Made by a program: the position numbers and the translations under genes. This document shows, piece after piece, positions 18,104 to 27,126 of a stretch of DNA of 62,394 nucleotides (the stretch's first letter is position 1; each line of letters starts with the position of its first letter). This DNA comes from a virus (taxonomy: Duplodnaviria; Caudoviricetes): positions 1 through 62,394 of IMG/VR virus record IMGVR_UViG_3300036805_000178; one strand, 5' to 3'. The notes below the pieces were generated by a model. That model made no database searches, was not told the origin of the DNA, and saw only the letters and a program-made list of their open reading frames with translations.

Positions 18104-18387
18104 TGCCGCGCCGGGGTTCACGGGAAAAGCGGAACGCCGGCCACAAGGCGCGGCAGGCCGAGCTGTACGCCGCCGCGCAGGCCGACGACGTTGAGGCGCT
18201 CCGGGCGGCATTCGACTGGTTCCGGTCGTCGGCCGCGCTCCTGGCTCGCCGGCGTCCGCCGCGGCCCTTCGGCAAGGACGCGCACCGGCCCGTGGCAGCC
18301 AGTGTGATGCGCGAGATGGCGGCTGAGCTGGCGAGCGCCGCCCGGGCGATCGACCGGGGCGACTACGACCTGAAGGGAGCCGCGTGA
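18103..18387 (+). CDS. Hypothetical protein
   Basis: TAGTG overlap, in operon. Confidence 0.55.
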   Translation: MPRRGSREKRNAGHKARQAELYAAAQADDVEALRAAFDWFRSSAALLARRRPPRPFGKDAHRPVAASVMREMAAELASAARAIDRGDYDLKGAA

Positions 18388-18830
18388 TGGCGACGCTCAG
18401 TAAGAGGGAAGTGGAGGAAGGCAGCCTGCCGGAGATTCCGCAGGAGCCGGAAATGACTGCGCAGCCGCGCGCGCTCGCGCGTGCGAGTCTAACACTGCCC
18501 TCGCCGGCTTCCCTCGTCCCTGTAACGCAGCGTGCCCGCGCTGCCGGCATGGTTGCCGCTCGCGCAGCCGGCCAGGCGGCGGAGATCCTCGACCGGCCCG
18601 GCTCCCTCGTCCATGCACAGCCGCCCACCTTCGCCCGCGCCCGCGAACAGCACCATGAGGCCGCCGCCAGGCACAGCGCACCCTTCGTGCGGGGACTGCG
18701 GCTCGCCTGGGGCTACCTCCACCTGCTGCTCGTCAAGACCGTCCTCAACGGGCTCGAGTGGGTCACTGAGAACCCCGCGCGTTTCCTCGTCGCCGTGATC
18801 ATCGGCGCCGTCGTCTGGCTCTGGAGTTGA
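18387..18830 (+). CDS. Membrane protein (Spd-like)
   Basis: C-terminal TM segments; upstream of transfer genes. Confidence 0.6.
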   Translation: MATLSKREVEEGSLPEIPQEPEMTAQPRALARASLTLPSPASLVPVTQRARAAGMVAARAAGQAAEILDRPGSLVHAQPPTFARAREQHHEAAARHSAPFVRGLRLAWGYLHLLLVKTVLNGLEWVTENPARFLVAVIIGAVVWLWS

Positions 18831-18831
18831 C

Positions 18832-19257
18832 ATGAACCTTACCGTCGCCGAGCTGGGGGTTCTGCTCCTGGTGCTGTTCGGCTTGTTCCACTACCTCGGT
18901 GTCCTCGCCAAGACGCGCGCCGTGCTCGCCCTGCTCGCCGCGGCGGCGGTGGGCCTGACCGGCGTGATCGGGCACCTTGCCCGGAACATGGCCGACTGGG
19001 CGCAGCAGGCGGTCGGGAGCGTCACTACCTGGGCGTTCGGCGCGACCTTGTCCGCGGCCCTGTTCATCGTCCTGGTTGTGCTCCTGGTCCACGACCTGCA
19101 CCCGCGCAAGAACGCGTCCGGGCGCACCGGGTGGGTTGCGCTCGCGGTCGGGATCATGCTGGTCGCCGGCGTCTCCCAGTTCCCGGCGCTCGCCCCGGTC
19201 GTGAACGGGATCCGTTCCCTGCTGTCCGGTATCACCGGATTCGTCAACGGACTGTGA
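18832..19257 (+). CDS. Multi-TM membrane protein (Spd-like)
   Basis: Four hydrophobic segments; precedes traA/traB-like genes. Confidence 0.7.
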   Translation: MNLTVAELGVLLLVLFGLFHYLGVLAKTRAVLALLAAAAVGLTGVIGHLARNMADWAQQAVGSVTTWAFGATLSAALFIVLVVLLVHDLHPRKNASGRTGWVALAVGIMLVAGVSQFPALAPVVNGIRSLLSGITGFVNGL

Positions 19258-19264
19258 GACTGTC

Positions 19265-20410
19265 ATGGACCTGATCGCGCTGATCATCATCATCTATGCC
19301 GTCAAGACGGCCGTGGAAGACGCCCGGAAGGCGTGGCGCAAGTCCCGCAGCGCCTACATGGGAAGTGCCGCCCGCCGCTTCCCGGACGCCCCGAAGGGAC
19401 GCCGGGCGGCGTGGGCGGCCAGGCATGACCTCGGATACGCCTCCTCGCAGGTGCTGCAGGGTTTCCCGGCAGCCAGGCACGGGTTCGCCTCGGGATGGCA
19501 TGCCGGGCAAACCGAGAAGCACGAGCGGCGGGCAGCGCGGGAGCGGGCCAAGGCGGAGCACCTGGAGGCCCGCGCGAGGCTTGCCCCGGACATGGCTGAC
19601 TCCCGTGCCCGGCAGCAGGCAGCCGCCGAGCAGATCCGCACGTTCACCGCCACCCGGCCGCAGGCAGGCAGCGAAGGCAACGGGGAAGGCGGCACGCTGA
19701 CCTCGGACGACCCGGGCGAAGCCGGGCCGGAAGACGGGCGCACCTGGTCTTACACCTCCGCCGGCAACCCGCTGGCCTGGCCTTCCCGCAGTGAGCAGGA
19801 GGCACGGCACCAGGCCCGGTACTGGAGCACGACCGGCAAACACCAGCTCGTGCACGAGCACCGGGCCGGCGGCGGCCCCGGAACGGTCATCGGCTGCTAC
19901 CTCAACGGCGAGAACATCCAGCCGACTCCAGAACAGGCAGCCGCCTGGGATGCCGCGGCCGCCGAGACCAAGCAGCAGTACCAGCAGGACGGGCGGCTTC
20001 CTCCCGATGAGGGAGACCGCGAACAGGAGGCCCGGCAAACCGGGCAACTCGCAATCACCCAGGGAGAAACGATGGCATCAGGAACGGCAGATATCACCTA
20101 CGACGGGGTGCTGCAGAGCATGACCGCCGCGAAGGCAGGAGCCGAGAACCGGGCAGCCGAGCAGCAGCAGGCCAGCCGGCAGGCGTCCGCGATGTCCGAG
20201 ACGATGCAGTCCCTCGAGGTCGACCCGGGCACCCTGAGCGCGATGGCCGACCACCTCGACGCCCATGACGCTGCAGTCAAGGCGCAGCAACAGGTGCAGG
20301 AGACCGCTGAAGCCGTCGAAGCGTCGCTAAAGCGCGGCCACGCCGGGCTCAATGAGGCTCACCAGAACGCTCCGGTTTCCTCGGCCGATAAAACCTTCTA
20401 CGCGGGCTGA
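19265..20410 (+). CDS. TraA-like transfer accessory protein
   Basis: N-terminal TM; helical C-terminal domain ending HAGLNEAHQNAPVSSADKTFY as seen upstream of actinomycete traB genes (from memory). Confidence 0.55.
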   Translation: MDLIALIIIIYAVKTAVEDARKAWRKSRSAYMGSAARRFPDAPKGRRAAWAARHDLGYASSQVLQGFPAARHGFASGWHAGQTEKHERRAARERAKAEHLEARARLAPDMADSRARQQAAAEQIRTFTATRPQAGSEGNGEGGTLTSDDPGEAGPEDGRTWSYTSAGNPLAWPSRSEQEARHQARYWSTTGKHQLVHEHRAGGGPGTVIGCYLNGENIQPTPEQAAAWDAAAAETKQQYQQDGRLPPDEGDREQEARQTGQLAITQGETMASGTADITYDGVLQSMTAAKAGAENRAAEQQQASRQASAMSETMQSLEVDPGTLSAMADHLDAHDAAVKAQQQVQETAEAVEASLKRGHAGLNEAHQNAPVSSADKTFYAG

Positions 20411-20422
20411 AGAGGGCCAGCG

Positions 20423-21031
20423 ATGAACCAGCTCGCCGAGCCGCTGCCGTGGCGCAACCGCGTCACGGCAGCGGTCCGTGACCGCGCTGAGGCGGTACTG
20501 ATGCGTCTCGACGAGACCCGGATGAGCCGGGCTGATGCCGCCCGCTGGAAGTCCGCCCGGACTATGGCGGATCTCGGAGAGCTGTTCATCGCGTGGCTGA
20601 ACCGGGAAGTCGACTGGACTCCTGGTCACTGCGGAGGACCGTGCGACGAGACTCTCCCGCTGATCCCGGCTCTGACCGTGATCAACCGGGGCGGATTCGT
20701 CACCGACAACTCCCAGCTCGCGGAGACATGGGAAGGCCGAACCTGGAACACCGACGTTGACGGCTTCGCCACCGATGAGACCCTCGCCAAGATCCGTGCC
20801 GCGGCTGAGGGCACTGACCTGACCGTCCTCGCCTGCCGGGACCGCTACCACGAGCACCGTGGCAAATTCCGCTTCCAGCCGTGCCCCCGCCGGGACGTGA
20901 CGGACTTCTGGGCAGACGCCTGCCCGGACGCCGCCGACGAGCTCTGGGGCACGTGGTGGGTGTACATCGAGGATCCGCAGCCGGGACGCAACGACCTGCT
21001 GTGGCCGACCCTGGCCGCAGCACTCGGATAG
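20423..21031 (+). CDS. DUF6919-like protein
   Basis: W..A.T.ADLGEL..AWL....TPG...ET..LIP.L...NR.GFVT.NSQ; EDPQPGRND.LW. Confidence 0.65.
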   Translation: MNQLAEPLPWRNRVTAAVRDRAEAVLMRLDETRMSRADAARWKSARTMADLGELFIAWLNREVDWTPGHCGGPCDETLPLIPALTVINRGGFVTDNSQLAETWEGRTWNTDVDGFATDETLAKIRAAAEGTDLTVLACRDRYHEHRGKFRFQPCPRRDVTDFWADACPDAADELWGTWWVYIEDPQPGRNDLLWPTLAAALG

Positions 21032-21041
21032 GAGGAATGTC

Positions 21042-23078
21042 ATGCCGCGCCACCAGACGCGGGAGGTACCGCGCTGGCGGCGCGGCGGCCCCCCGCAGAA
21101 ACCACAGCAGGTCATCCAGGTCCGCGGGCGCCAGGCCCGCGCCCTGGTCCGCCAGATCGACCTGGGCGACAGGCAGGCGGTGCAGGCAGGCGGGCAGCCG
21201 AACGGGGCAGCCGCGGGCAATGACGTGCTCGCCCGCACTGGGGCGTGGCGCAACCGCCGCATGCTTCCCCCGTTCGCCTGGGGTGTCATGCTCGCCGTGC
21301 TCGGCGCCGTGCTCCGGGGTGTCCCGCACCCCGTGCTGTCCGGCATGCTCGCCAGCCTCGCCGTCCCCGCACTGATGATCCTGTTCACCCGGCACCTGTC
21401 TGCGTTCGCCCGCCGCTGGACCGACACGGCGGCGCTCGCCGCCTCGGTGTGGCTGCCCGTGCTCGCCGCCACCGGATTCCGCTCGCCTGTGCCCGCCCTG
21501 CTCGCCCTCACCTGGGTTCCGTTCGCGGCCGTCTGGGCGCGGCACTACCGGATCCGCCCGGAGGAAGCGAAGGCAGAGCAGGAAACCCGGGTCGATACGA
21601 CTTCCGACACTGCCGTGTGGGCGCGGCTCGCCGCCAAGCGCAAGTGGTCCGCCTGGCTCACCGACCCGGAAGTCATCCCGGGCGGGGTGAAGTACCGGAT
21701 CGAGATGGACGGCGTCGAAACCCATGTCGGCAACATCATGGCCGAGCCGCGTGCCATTGCGGCCGCCTACCGCAGCGCCCAGACCGAGGCGTACGTTGAG
21801 CCGCACCCGACCGGGATCGAGTCCAAGGGCACCTTCACCAAGCTCCGCGCCGGCACGCTGCAGGCCGCCGTTGAATGGGACGGCCGCGGCTTCACTGCTG
21901 ACGGGCTCGCCCGGGTAGCGCGGTTCGCCGACAGCCAGCCTGTGCGGATCCGCGCGTGGATACCCCGTGACGGGGCCCGCCACGGAATGGTTTCAGGCAC
22001 CATGGGCGCCGGGAAGTCGGCACTGCTTGACCTGCTGATCTGGCTCGCGCTCCGCTCGGCGGTCCCGGTTGTGCCGATCGTGCTGGACCCGCAGAACGGC
22101 CAGTCGCTGCCGCAATGGCGGGGCAAGGTTATTTACGCTGCCGGGGTTGACGAGTGCGTGCGGATGCGCCGCGCGCTGAACGCCGCGATGATGGACCGCT
22201 CCCGGCGCCTGGCGTCAATGACATGGGACGACGACGGCTTTAAGGCCAAGGGCATGCAGTTCTTCGACGCGCGCCTTTCCGGCCTGCCGATCGTCATGCC
22301 GATCACCGACGAGGCGCCCCTGCTCCTCAGTGGCGGGGAGAGCAAGAACCCGAAGCTCGCCGCGGAAATGACGAGCCTGACTGCCGATGCCGGCAAACTG
22401 GGCCGCAAGGCAGGGGAGAGCGAGTGGATTGTCACCCAGGTTCCCTCGCTGGCTGAGCTTGGCGGCGACCAGGCACTACGGGCCATGTTCGTCGGCGGCA
22501 GCGTTATCGGCCTCCGCTCTGGTGACCGGGTTTCCGGCGGGATGGTTGGCCTGCAAACAGACCCGTTCACGTTGCCGAAGTACTTCCCTGACGGTTCCCC
22601 CACGCAGGGCATCGGCTATGCGGCGACGATGGACAACCGGCAGGCCCCGATGCGGACCGACCTGGTGCCCTCCCGCATGCGCCACCAGGCCGTCACGGTG
22701 CCGCAGCTTGAGCCGGAGTTCCTTGAGGCGATGGACCGGGCGATGGGCACCCAGGGGATCCTCTTCCCGCCTGCCGCCGCCCCGGTGGTGCCTTCGCAGT
22801 CCGAGGCGCCCGCCGACGACGGCCCGGAAGGGCGCCGCTGCACCGACGCGGTCCTGCTGGTGCTGGCGGAAGCCGGCCGGGAACTGGACCGCGGCGAGAT
22901 CATCCAGTGGGCTGGCAACATCGCGGTCGACGGGTGGGGCCGGGCGAAGCCCTTCAGCATCAAGTCGGTCGGGAACGCGCTCAGGGACCTGACCGCGGCC
23001 GGGAGAGTCACCCGGGTTCGTGACGGGGTGTACCAGGCAGCGGAAAACTCCGAAACGATCATTAACGGGGACAAATGA
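21042..23078 (+). CDS. traB: FtsK/SpoIIIE-like TraB DNA translocase
   Basis: N-terminal TM bundle; Walker A GTMGAGKS; Walker B ITDEA; GRKAG...TQ.P; C-terminal wHTH-like domain. Confidence 0.8.
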   Translation: MPRHQTREVPRWRRGGPPQKPQQVIQVRGRQARALVRQIDLGDRQAVQAGGQPNGAAAGNDVLARTGAWRNRRMLPPFAWGVMLAVLGAVLRGVPHPVLSGMLASLAVPALMILFTRHLSAFARRWTDTAALAASVWLPVLAATGFRSPVPALLALTWVPFAAVWARHYRIRPEEAKAEQETRVDTTSDTAVWARLAAKRKWSAWLTDPEVIPGGVKYRIEMDGVETHVGNIMAEPRAIAAAYRSAQTEAYVEPHPTGIESKGTFTKLRAGTLQAAVEWDGRGFTADGLARVARFADSQPVRIRAWIPRDGARHGMVSGTMGAGKSALLDLLIWLALRSAVPVVPIVLDPQNGQSLPQWRGKVIYAAGVDECVRMRRALNAAMMDRSRRLASMTWDDDGFKAKGMQFFDARLSGLPIVMPITDEAPLLLSGGESKNPKLAAEMTSLTADAGKLGRKAGESEWIVTQVPSLAELGGDQALRAMFVGGSVIGLRSGDRVSGGMVGLQTDPFTLPKYFPDGSPTQGIGYAATMDNRQAPMRTDLVPSRMRHQAVTVPQLEPEFLEAMDRAMGTQGILFPPAAAPVVPSQSEAPADDGPEGRRCTDAVLLVLAEAGRELDRGEIIQWAGNIAVDGWGRAKPFSIKSVGNALRDLTAAGRVTRVRDGVYQAAENSETIINGDK

Positions 23079-24196
23079 TGGCTGGCATGCGAATTGCGCG
23101 TACCCGCCTCGGCGGCCTGGTGGCCGACAACCCGCTGCTCGCCGTTGTCGCCGCCATCGGCTTCTCGGTAAGCTTCCAGACCGTCGCGAAACTCGCCGTC
23201 CAGCACGGCCTGCCCGGCTGGCCGCCCCTGTACCCGATCGGAATCGACATCGGCATCCTCGCCCTCACCGCCGAGTCCCGCCTGATGCTCTCCGCCGGCC
23301 GCGGGGACTTCGTGCCGCGTTCCCTGGCATGGCTGCTGACCGCCTTCACCGTCTACGCGAACGTCCACGGCTCCCCGTCGTGGGACTGGCTCGGCCGCGG
23401 CATGCACGCGGTCATGCCGTGCCTGTGGGTGGTGTTCCTCGAGCTGACCCGCCGGCGTCTCGTCGCCGCCCGGCGCACCGACCTGATCCCCGCGTCCCGC
23501 TGGGCGGCCGCCCCGTTGCAGACGCCGCTGCTGTGGCAGCGGATGCGCCGTGACGGGATCACCGACTACCGGCTCGCACTCGAACTGGAACAGGCCCGCC
23601 TGCACGCGCGCGATCTCGTGCGCGCGGCCCCGCCTGAGCACCGGGCCGAGCGTTCGTCGCTGCTGTCCCGCCGGATCCGCACCGGGCGCCTGCCCGACGC
23701 GGTCCGCAAGGCCGTGCGCGAGTCCCTGAACAGCGAGTGGTCCGCAGGCTGGGAAGCCGATGTCGCGCACTGGGTAACCGCAGCCCTGGCAATGCCGGAG
23801 CACGTCGCGGCAAGCCTGGAGAACGCCCGCCGCCAAGCCCGCGAAACCGTCTCCGCGCTTACCCCGGAACCAGTGCCCGCGACTGCCCCGGCACCGCTCC
23901 CGGACCTGCCCGCGGGCACACCCGGGACTGCTGTCCGGGCACGCTCCGCGGCTGCCCCGAAGACCGCTCCCAAGCCTGCCCTCAAGCTCACCGCAGCCCG
24001 CTCCCGGGCCATGACCCCGGACCACCTCGCCGCCCATGCCTCGGCCATGATCGGCGAGTACGGGGAGACCGCCGTATCAATCAACCGGGTTAAGACGGAC
24101 CTGAGCGTGGGGACGGACAAGGCGAAGGAAGCACTGCGCATCGCCCGCGCCGACCGGGCCCGGGTTGTGACGCTGCCAGACCGGAAGCAGGCGTAA
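23075..24196 (+). CDS. DUF2637/Spd-like plasmid-spread membrane protein
   Basis: GFSVSFQTV..LA..HG...LYPIGID, TVYANV, H...P.LWV, D.IP..RW..AP; C-terminal HTH SINRVKTDLSVGTDKA. Confidence 0.75.
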   Translation: MMAGMRIARTRLGGLVADNPLLAVVAAIGFSVSFQTVAKLAVQHGLPGWPPLYPIGIDIGILALTAESRLMLSAGRGDFVPRSLAWLLTAFTVYANVHGSPSWDWLGRGMHAVMPCLWVVFLELTRRRLVAARRTDLIPASRWAAAPLQTPLLWQRMRRDGITDYRLALELEQARLHARDLVRAAPPEHRAERSSLLSRRIRTGRLPDAVRKAVRESLNSEWSAGWEADVAHWVTAALAMPEHVAASLENARRQARETVSALTPEPVPATAPAPLPDLPAGTPGTAVRARSAAAPKTAPKPALKLTAARSRAMTPDHLAAHASAMIGEYGETAVSINRVKTDLSVGTDKAKEALRIARADRARVVTLPDRKQA

Positions 24197-24397
24197 TTAC
24201 CGCCGCCCGCACTGAGGCCGCCTAGGTGTCCCCGGTACCTGCACTGCGGGGCTCCGGCCCAGGGTCTGCTTCTGCCCCCCGCGGCTTCGCAGCATCGTTT
24301 TCCGCAGGATCGTCACGGCCGGCTGCTGTCCTGTTGCTGTGGATCCGCTGCCATACGGGAAATCCGCCACAGCATGCCGCTGTGGAGAAACGGATCG

Positions 24398-25219
24398 CTA
24401 AGCAGCCTTTAGCTGCCGCCTTCTTCCGTCAGGGCGGGCGATGATCAGAGTGTGCTCTCGGGCAACCCGCCGTGCAGCGGGAACAATGCTGTCACTCTTG
24501 CGCCGGTTGCACTCAGGGTGCATCAGCTGGAGGTTCCACTCGTCATTCGGGCCGCCGCGCACTTCCGGGACGAGATGATCCACATGGTTGCCATCTGGGC
24601 CGCCAAGAGGAAGGCCGCATCCGCCGTGGTGGGTGTCGGGGCACAGTCCCACTTGGCGGATGTACAGGAGCCGGTGAATCCTGAGCCGTTTGCGAGCATA
24701 GCGACGAGCATTTCGCTCGCTGTTGTGGCGACGACAATACGCGACGCGGGAGATTGCGAACTCTTCACAATCGGGTCGTACGCACCTCCGGCCGTCGCGC
24801 ATCGTTTGAAGCCTTCTGGAAGCGCGCCGCTCCTCGGGAGTCATGCGGGGCTGACGGCGGCTGGGACGTCGGACTCTAAGAGAAGCTCTGGCCAGTGACC
24901 TGCACTCGGGATTACGTCTGCAGTACGCGGATCTCCGACCCACCTTTATCGACACCCCGCATCTTGCGCAAGATGCGGAGGCGCCTGGATCCCCGTGCCT
25001 TTTCCAGTACCTGTAGTGCTTCCGGCACCAGCTGCGGGCGCCACCAGGCTCGTTCGCCGTTCCGTCGCAACCCTCGACAGTGCACGGGCCAGAGTAAAAG
25101 ACACGAACCCCGCCCAGGGGGTCTCCGTGAAACCGCCAGCGCTGGTAGTGCAGGCTGCACCACCCGCGACATAGAACCCGGCTAGGGCAGTCCTCGACCG
25201 AACACGTACGATTCACCAT
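24398..25219 (-). CDS. HNH endonuclease with N-terminal Zn-ribbon repeats
   Basis: CSVEDC...RGWCSLHYQRW..HGDP and a second similar repeat; HVDHLVP...GG...NLQLMHPECN. Confidence 0.9.
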   Translation of the reverse strand: MVNRTCSVEDCPSRVLCRGWCSLHYQRWRFHGDPLGGVRVFYSGPCTVEGCDGTANEPGGARSWCRKHYRYWKRHGDPGASASCARCGVSIKVGRRSAYCRRNPECRSLARASLRVRRPSRRQPRMTPEERRASRRLQTMRDGRRCVRPDCEEFAISRVAYCRRHNSERNARRYARKRLRIHRLLYIRQVGLCPDTHHGGCGLPLGGPDGNHVDHLVPEVRGGPNDEWNLQLMHPECNRRKSDSIVPAARRVAREHTLIIARPDGRRRQLKAA

Positions 25220-25316
25220 GCTGGACCTCTTGTCAGGTTCGGCCACGCCCCGGGGTGTTAGCGCACCGCCGGGGCACCCTCTCTTTATATCGAACAGTTT
25301 AGCTGGAATTACCGTC

Positions 25317-25763
25317 TCAAGTTGCCCGATTCTCGGGTGGAGAGGCGTTCTCTTCCGCGGCGGGATCCTGCCAGTCCTTCCAGACCGGGCGCCCGTGACG
25401 CCGCCATACCTCTGCGAGGAATGGCAGGATCCCGGCGTACGGCCGCCGTCCGTCCTTATCCATGTGGAGCTTCACCCAGAGCGGGATACGGCGCAGTATC
25501 CCCAGGGCAACCAGGCCGAACAGTGCCACGTCAATCCACCCGGCCACTTGCGAGGTAAGCCGGCTGAACTGGAAAAACAGTGACAAGATGCTCGGGATCA
25601 TCGCGATCGACACCCGGATGGCGAAGTCGACTACAGTCCGGCCGATCGGGTTGGCCCACCACTTCGCCAGGTACGTATAGACGGCAGCCCACAGCGTTAC
25701 GGACACCACGCCGGCAATGAGCACCACCCTGAATGCCACCATCAGCGTCTGGTCCTGCGTCAT
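25317..25763 (-). CDS. Holin-like membrane protein
   Basis: Three TM; YTYLAKWWANPIGR; lysis cluster. Confidence 0.6.
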   Translation of the reverse strand: MTQDQTLMVAFRVVLIAGVVSVTLWAAVYTYLAKWWANPIGRTVVDFAIRVSIAMIPSILSLFFQFSRLTSQVAGWIDVALFGLVALGILRRIPLWVKLHMDKDGRRPYAGILPFLAEVWRRHGRPVWKDWQDPAAEENASPPENRAT

Positions 25764-26134
25764 TTCGGCTCGCCATCTTCGCAGACGCTTTCGCTCATCA
25801 TCTCCGCAGGGCTCGCCTCGCGGCGGGACTGCTTCCTTGCCTGGCGGCTGATCTGCTCGAATACGACCAGGCGCCAGAACACAGCGGCGCCGGCCAAGAA
25901 CAGGAAGGCGATCAGGATCCACGACCCGACCTCGCTGCCCAGCACCGACAGCCGGAAGAACGCGGCAAGCAGCAGCGGGGCCAGCGTCCCGATCAGGCAG
26001 ATGTCCTTGATGACCAGGGTGAGGCCGATCGGGTCACGCAAGCACGCCCCCCGGGTGAGCCGCGTGTAGTCGGCGGTGAACACCACCAGGCCGGCGACGA
26101 TGACAACGAGCGCTATTTTCAGTGCGAGAATCAA
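25760..26134 (-). CDS. Holin-like membrane protein (paralog of neighbour)
   Basis: Three TM; YTRLT...DPIG parallels YTYLA...NPIG. Confidence 0.6.
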   Translation of the reverse strand: MILALKIALVVIVAGLVVFTADYTRLTRGACLRDPIGLTLVIKDICLIGTLAPLLLAAFFRLSVLGSEVGSWILIAFLFLAGAAVFWRLVVFEQISRQARKQSRREASPAEMMSESVCEDGEPK

Positions 26135-26382
26135 GATCCGTTCCCCCTGTGTGCTTCGGTAAGGCTGGCCCGGATCATGTCGGCGAAGCTGTTCCGCTCG
26201 GCTGCCCGCTGCAGCGGGACGACGACCCGCTCCCGGACTGTGTCCTGCCGGTCACGGGACTTCCGCGCCTCCTGCCGTGCTGTTTCGGCCCCGGCCGCGG
26301 CGTCGGCGACGCGGGCGTCCAGGGCGGCCCGGCGGGCGCTGAAGGCGGTGCGGCGGTGCAGGAGCGAACGGAAGAGGCGCAT
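26131..26382 (-). CDS. Lysis-cassette accessory protein
   Basis: Ends ERNSFADMIRASL, resembling small actinophage lysis-region proteins. Confidence 0.55.
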   Translation of the reverse strand: MRLFRSLLHRRTAFSARRAALDARVADAAAGAETARQEARKSRDRQDTVRERVVVPLQRAAERNSFADMIRASLTEAHRGNGS

Positions 26383-26693
26383 CACAGGCCGAGGTCCTCT
26401 GCGGTCAGTTCGGGCGGCTGCACCTTCCGCGGCCCGGATGCGATCGTGGTCAGCGCCGTGATCAGCTGGTTCGTTACCGCCCCGGCCTGCGCTGTCTCGT
26501 TCAGGGTGTGCCGTTCGGTGTCCAGTGCCAGGCGCAGCTGCCCGTTCTCCGCCCTCAGCTGCCCGTTTTCCGCCTCGAGCTTGCCGAACTCCCGGTCGGA
26601 GTGGATTTTCCCCCTCAGGAACAGGTAGATCGCTATCGCCAGGACCACCAGCGCACCGAGGGGCCCGGTGATCAACGGCAGGTAGCTCTCCAC
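26382..26693 (-). CDS. Membrane/coiled-coil lysis-region protein
   Basis: N-terminal TM, AENGQLR heptad repeat. Confidence 0.6.
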   Translation of the reverse strand: MESYLPLITGPLGALVVLAIAIYLFLRGKIHSDREFGKLEAENGQLRAENGQLRLALDTERHTLNETAQAGAVTNQLITALTTIASGPRKVQPPELTAEDLGL

Positions 26694-26763
26694 GTACGCT
26701 CAGCCTTTCCCTCCCGGGGGCGTACCCGGGCATTTCCCGTGTCCTGCGGCCGGCCGGGGAGTC

Positions 26764-27108
26764 TTACAGGAGAGCCTTCGCGAGCTCGAGCACGGACCGC
26801 ACGGCGGGGGACTCGACGACGGCGAGAACCTGCTGGAAGTCGGGGATGTGGGCGGCCAGCATCCCCTTCAGCGCCTGGGCCTCAGTGGCGCTCACGGTCA
26901 GCACGGAGCCCTGCGGGGGGTTCTTGGCGAGGGACCCGATGAAGTCGGCTGCCTGCTTCAGTTCGGGGGCCACGTCCTCGCCGAACCAGTGCTCGGCGCG
27001 CTGCAGGAAGGGCAGGTGGGTGTTCGCAATGGCTGTCAGGGCGGTGGTGTCAGCCTGGGTGACGGTGATGGACGCGCTGCCGTCAGGCTGCGCGGTGATC
27101 TCGGCCAT
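26764..27108 (-). CDS. Hypothetical protein
   Basis: AAGGAG RBS, ATG. Confidence 0.7.
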   Translation of the reverse strand: MAEITAQPDGSASITVTQADTTALTAIANTHLPFLQRAEHWFGEDVAPELKQAADFIGSLAKNPPQGSVLTVSATEAQALKGMLAAHIPDFQQVLAVVESPAVRSVLELAKALL

Positions 27109-27126
27109 GGGGACTCCTTAAGGGTT

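Noticed and set aside
24197-24400. clt/TRS 8-bp repeats expected near traB
   Set aside because: Only short hairpins seen and no clear direct-repeat series, so the cis-acting transfer site remains unidentified
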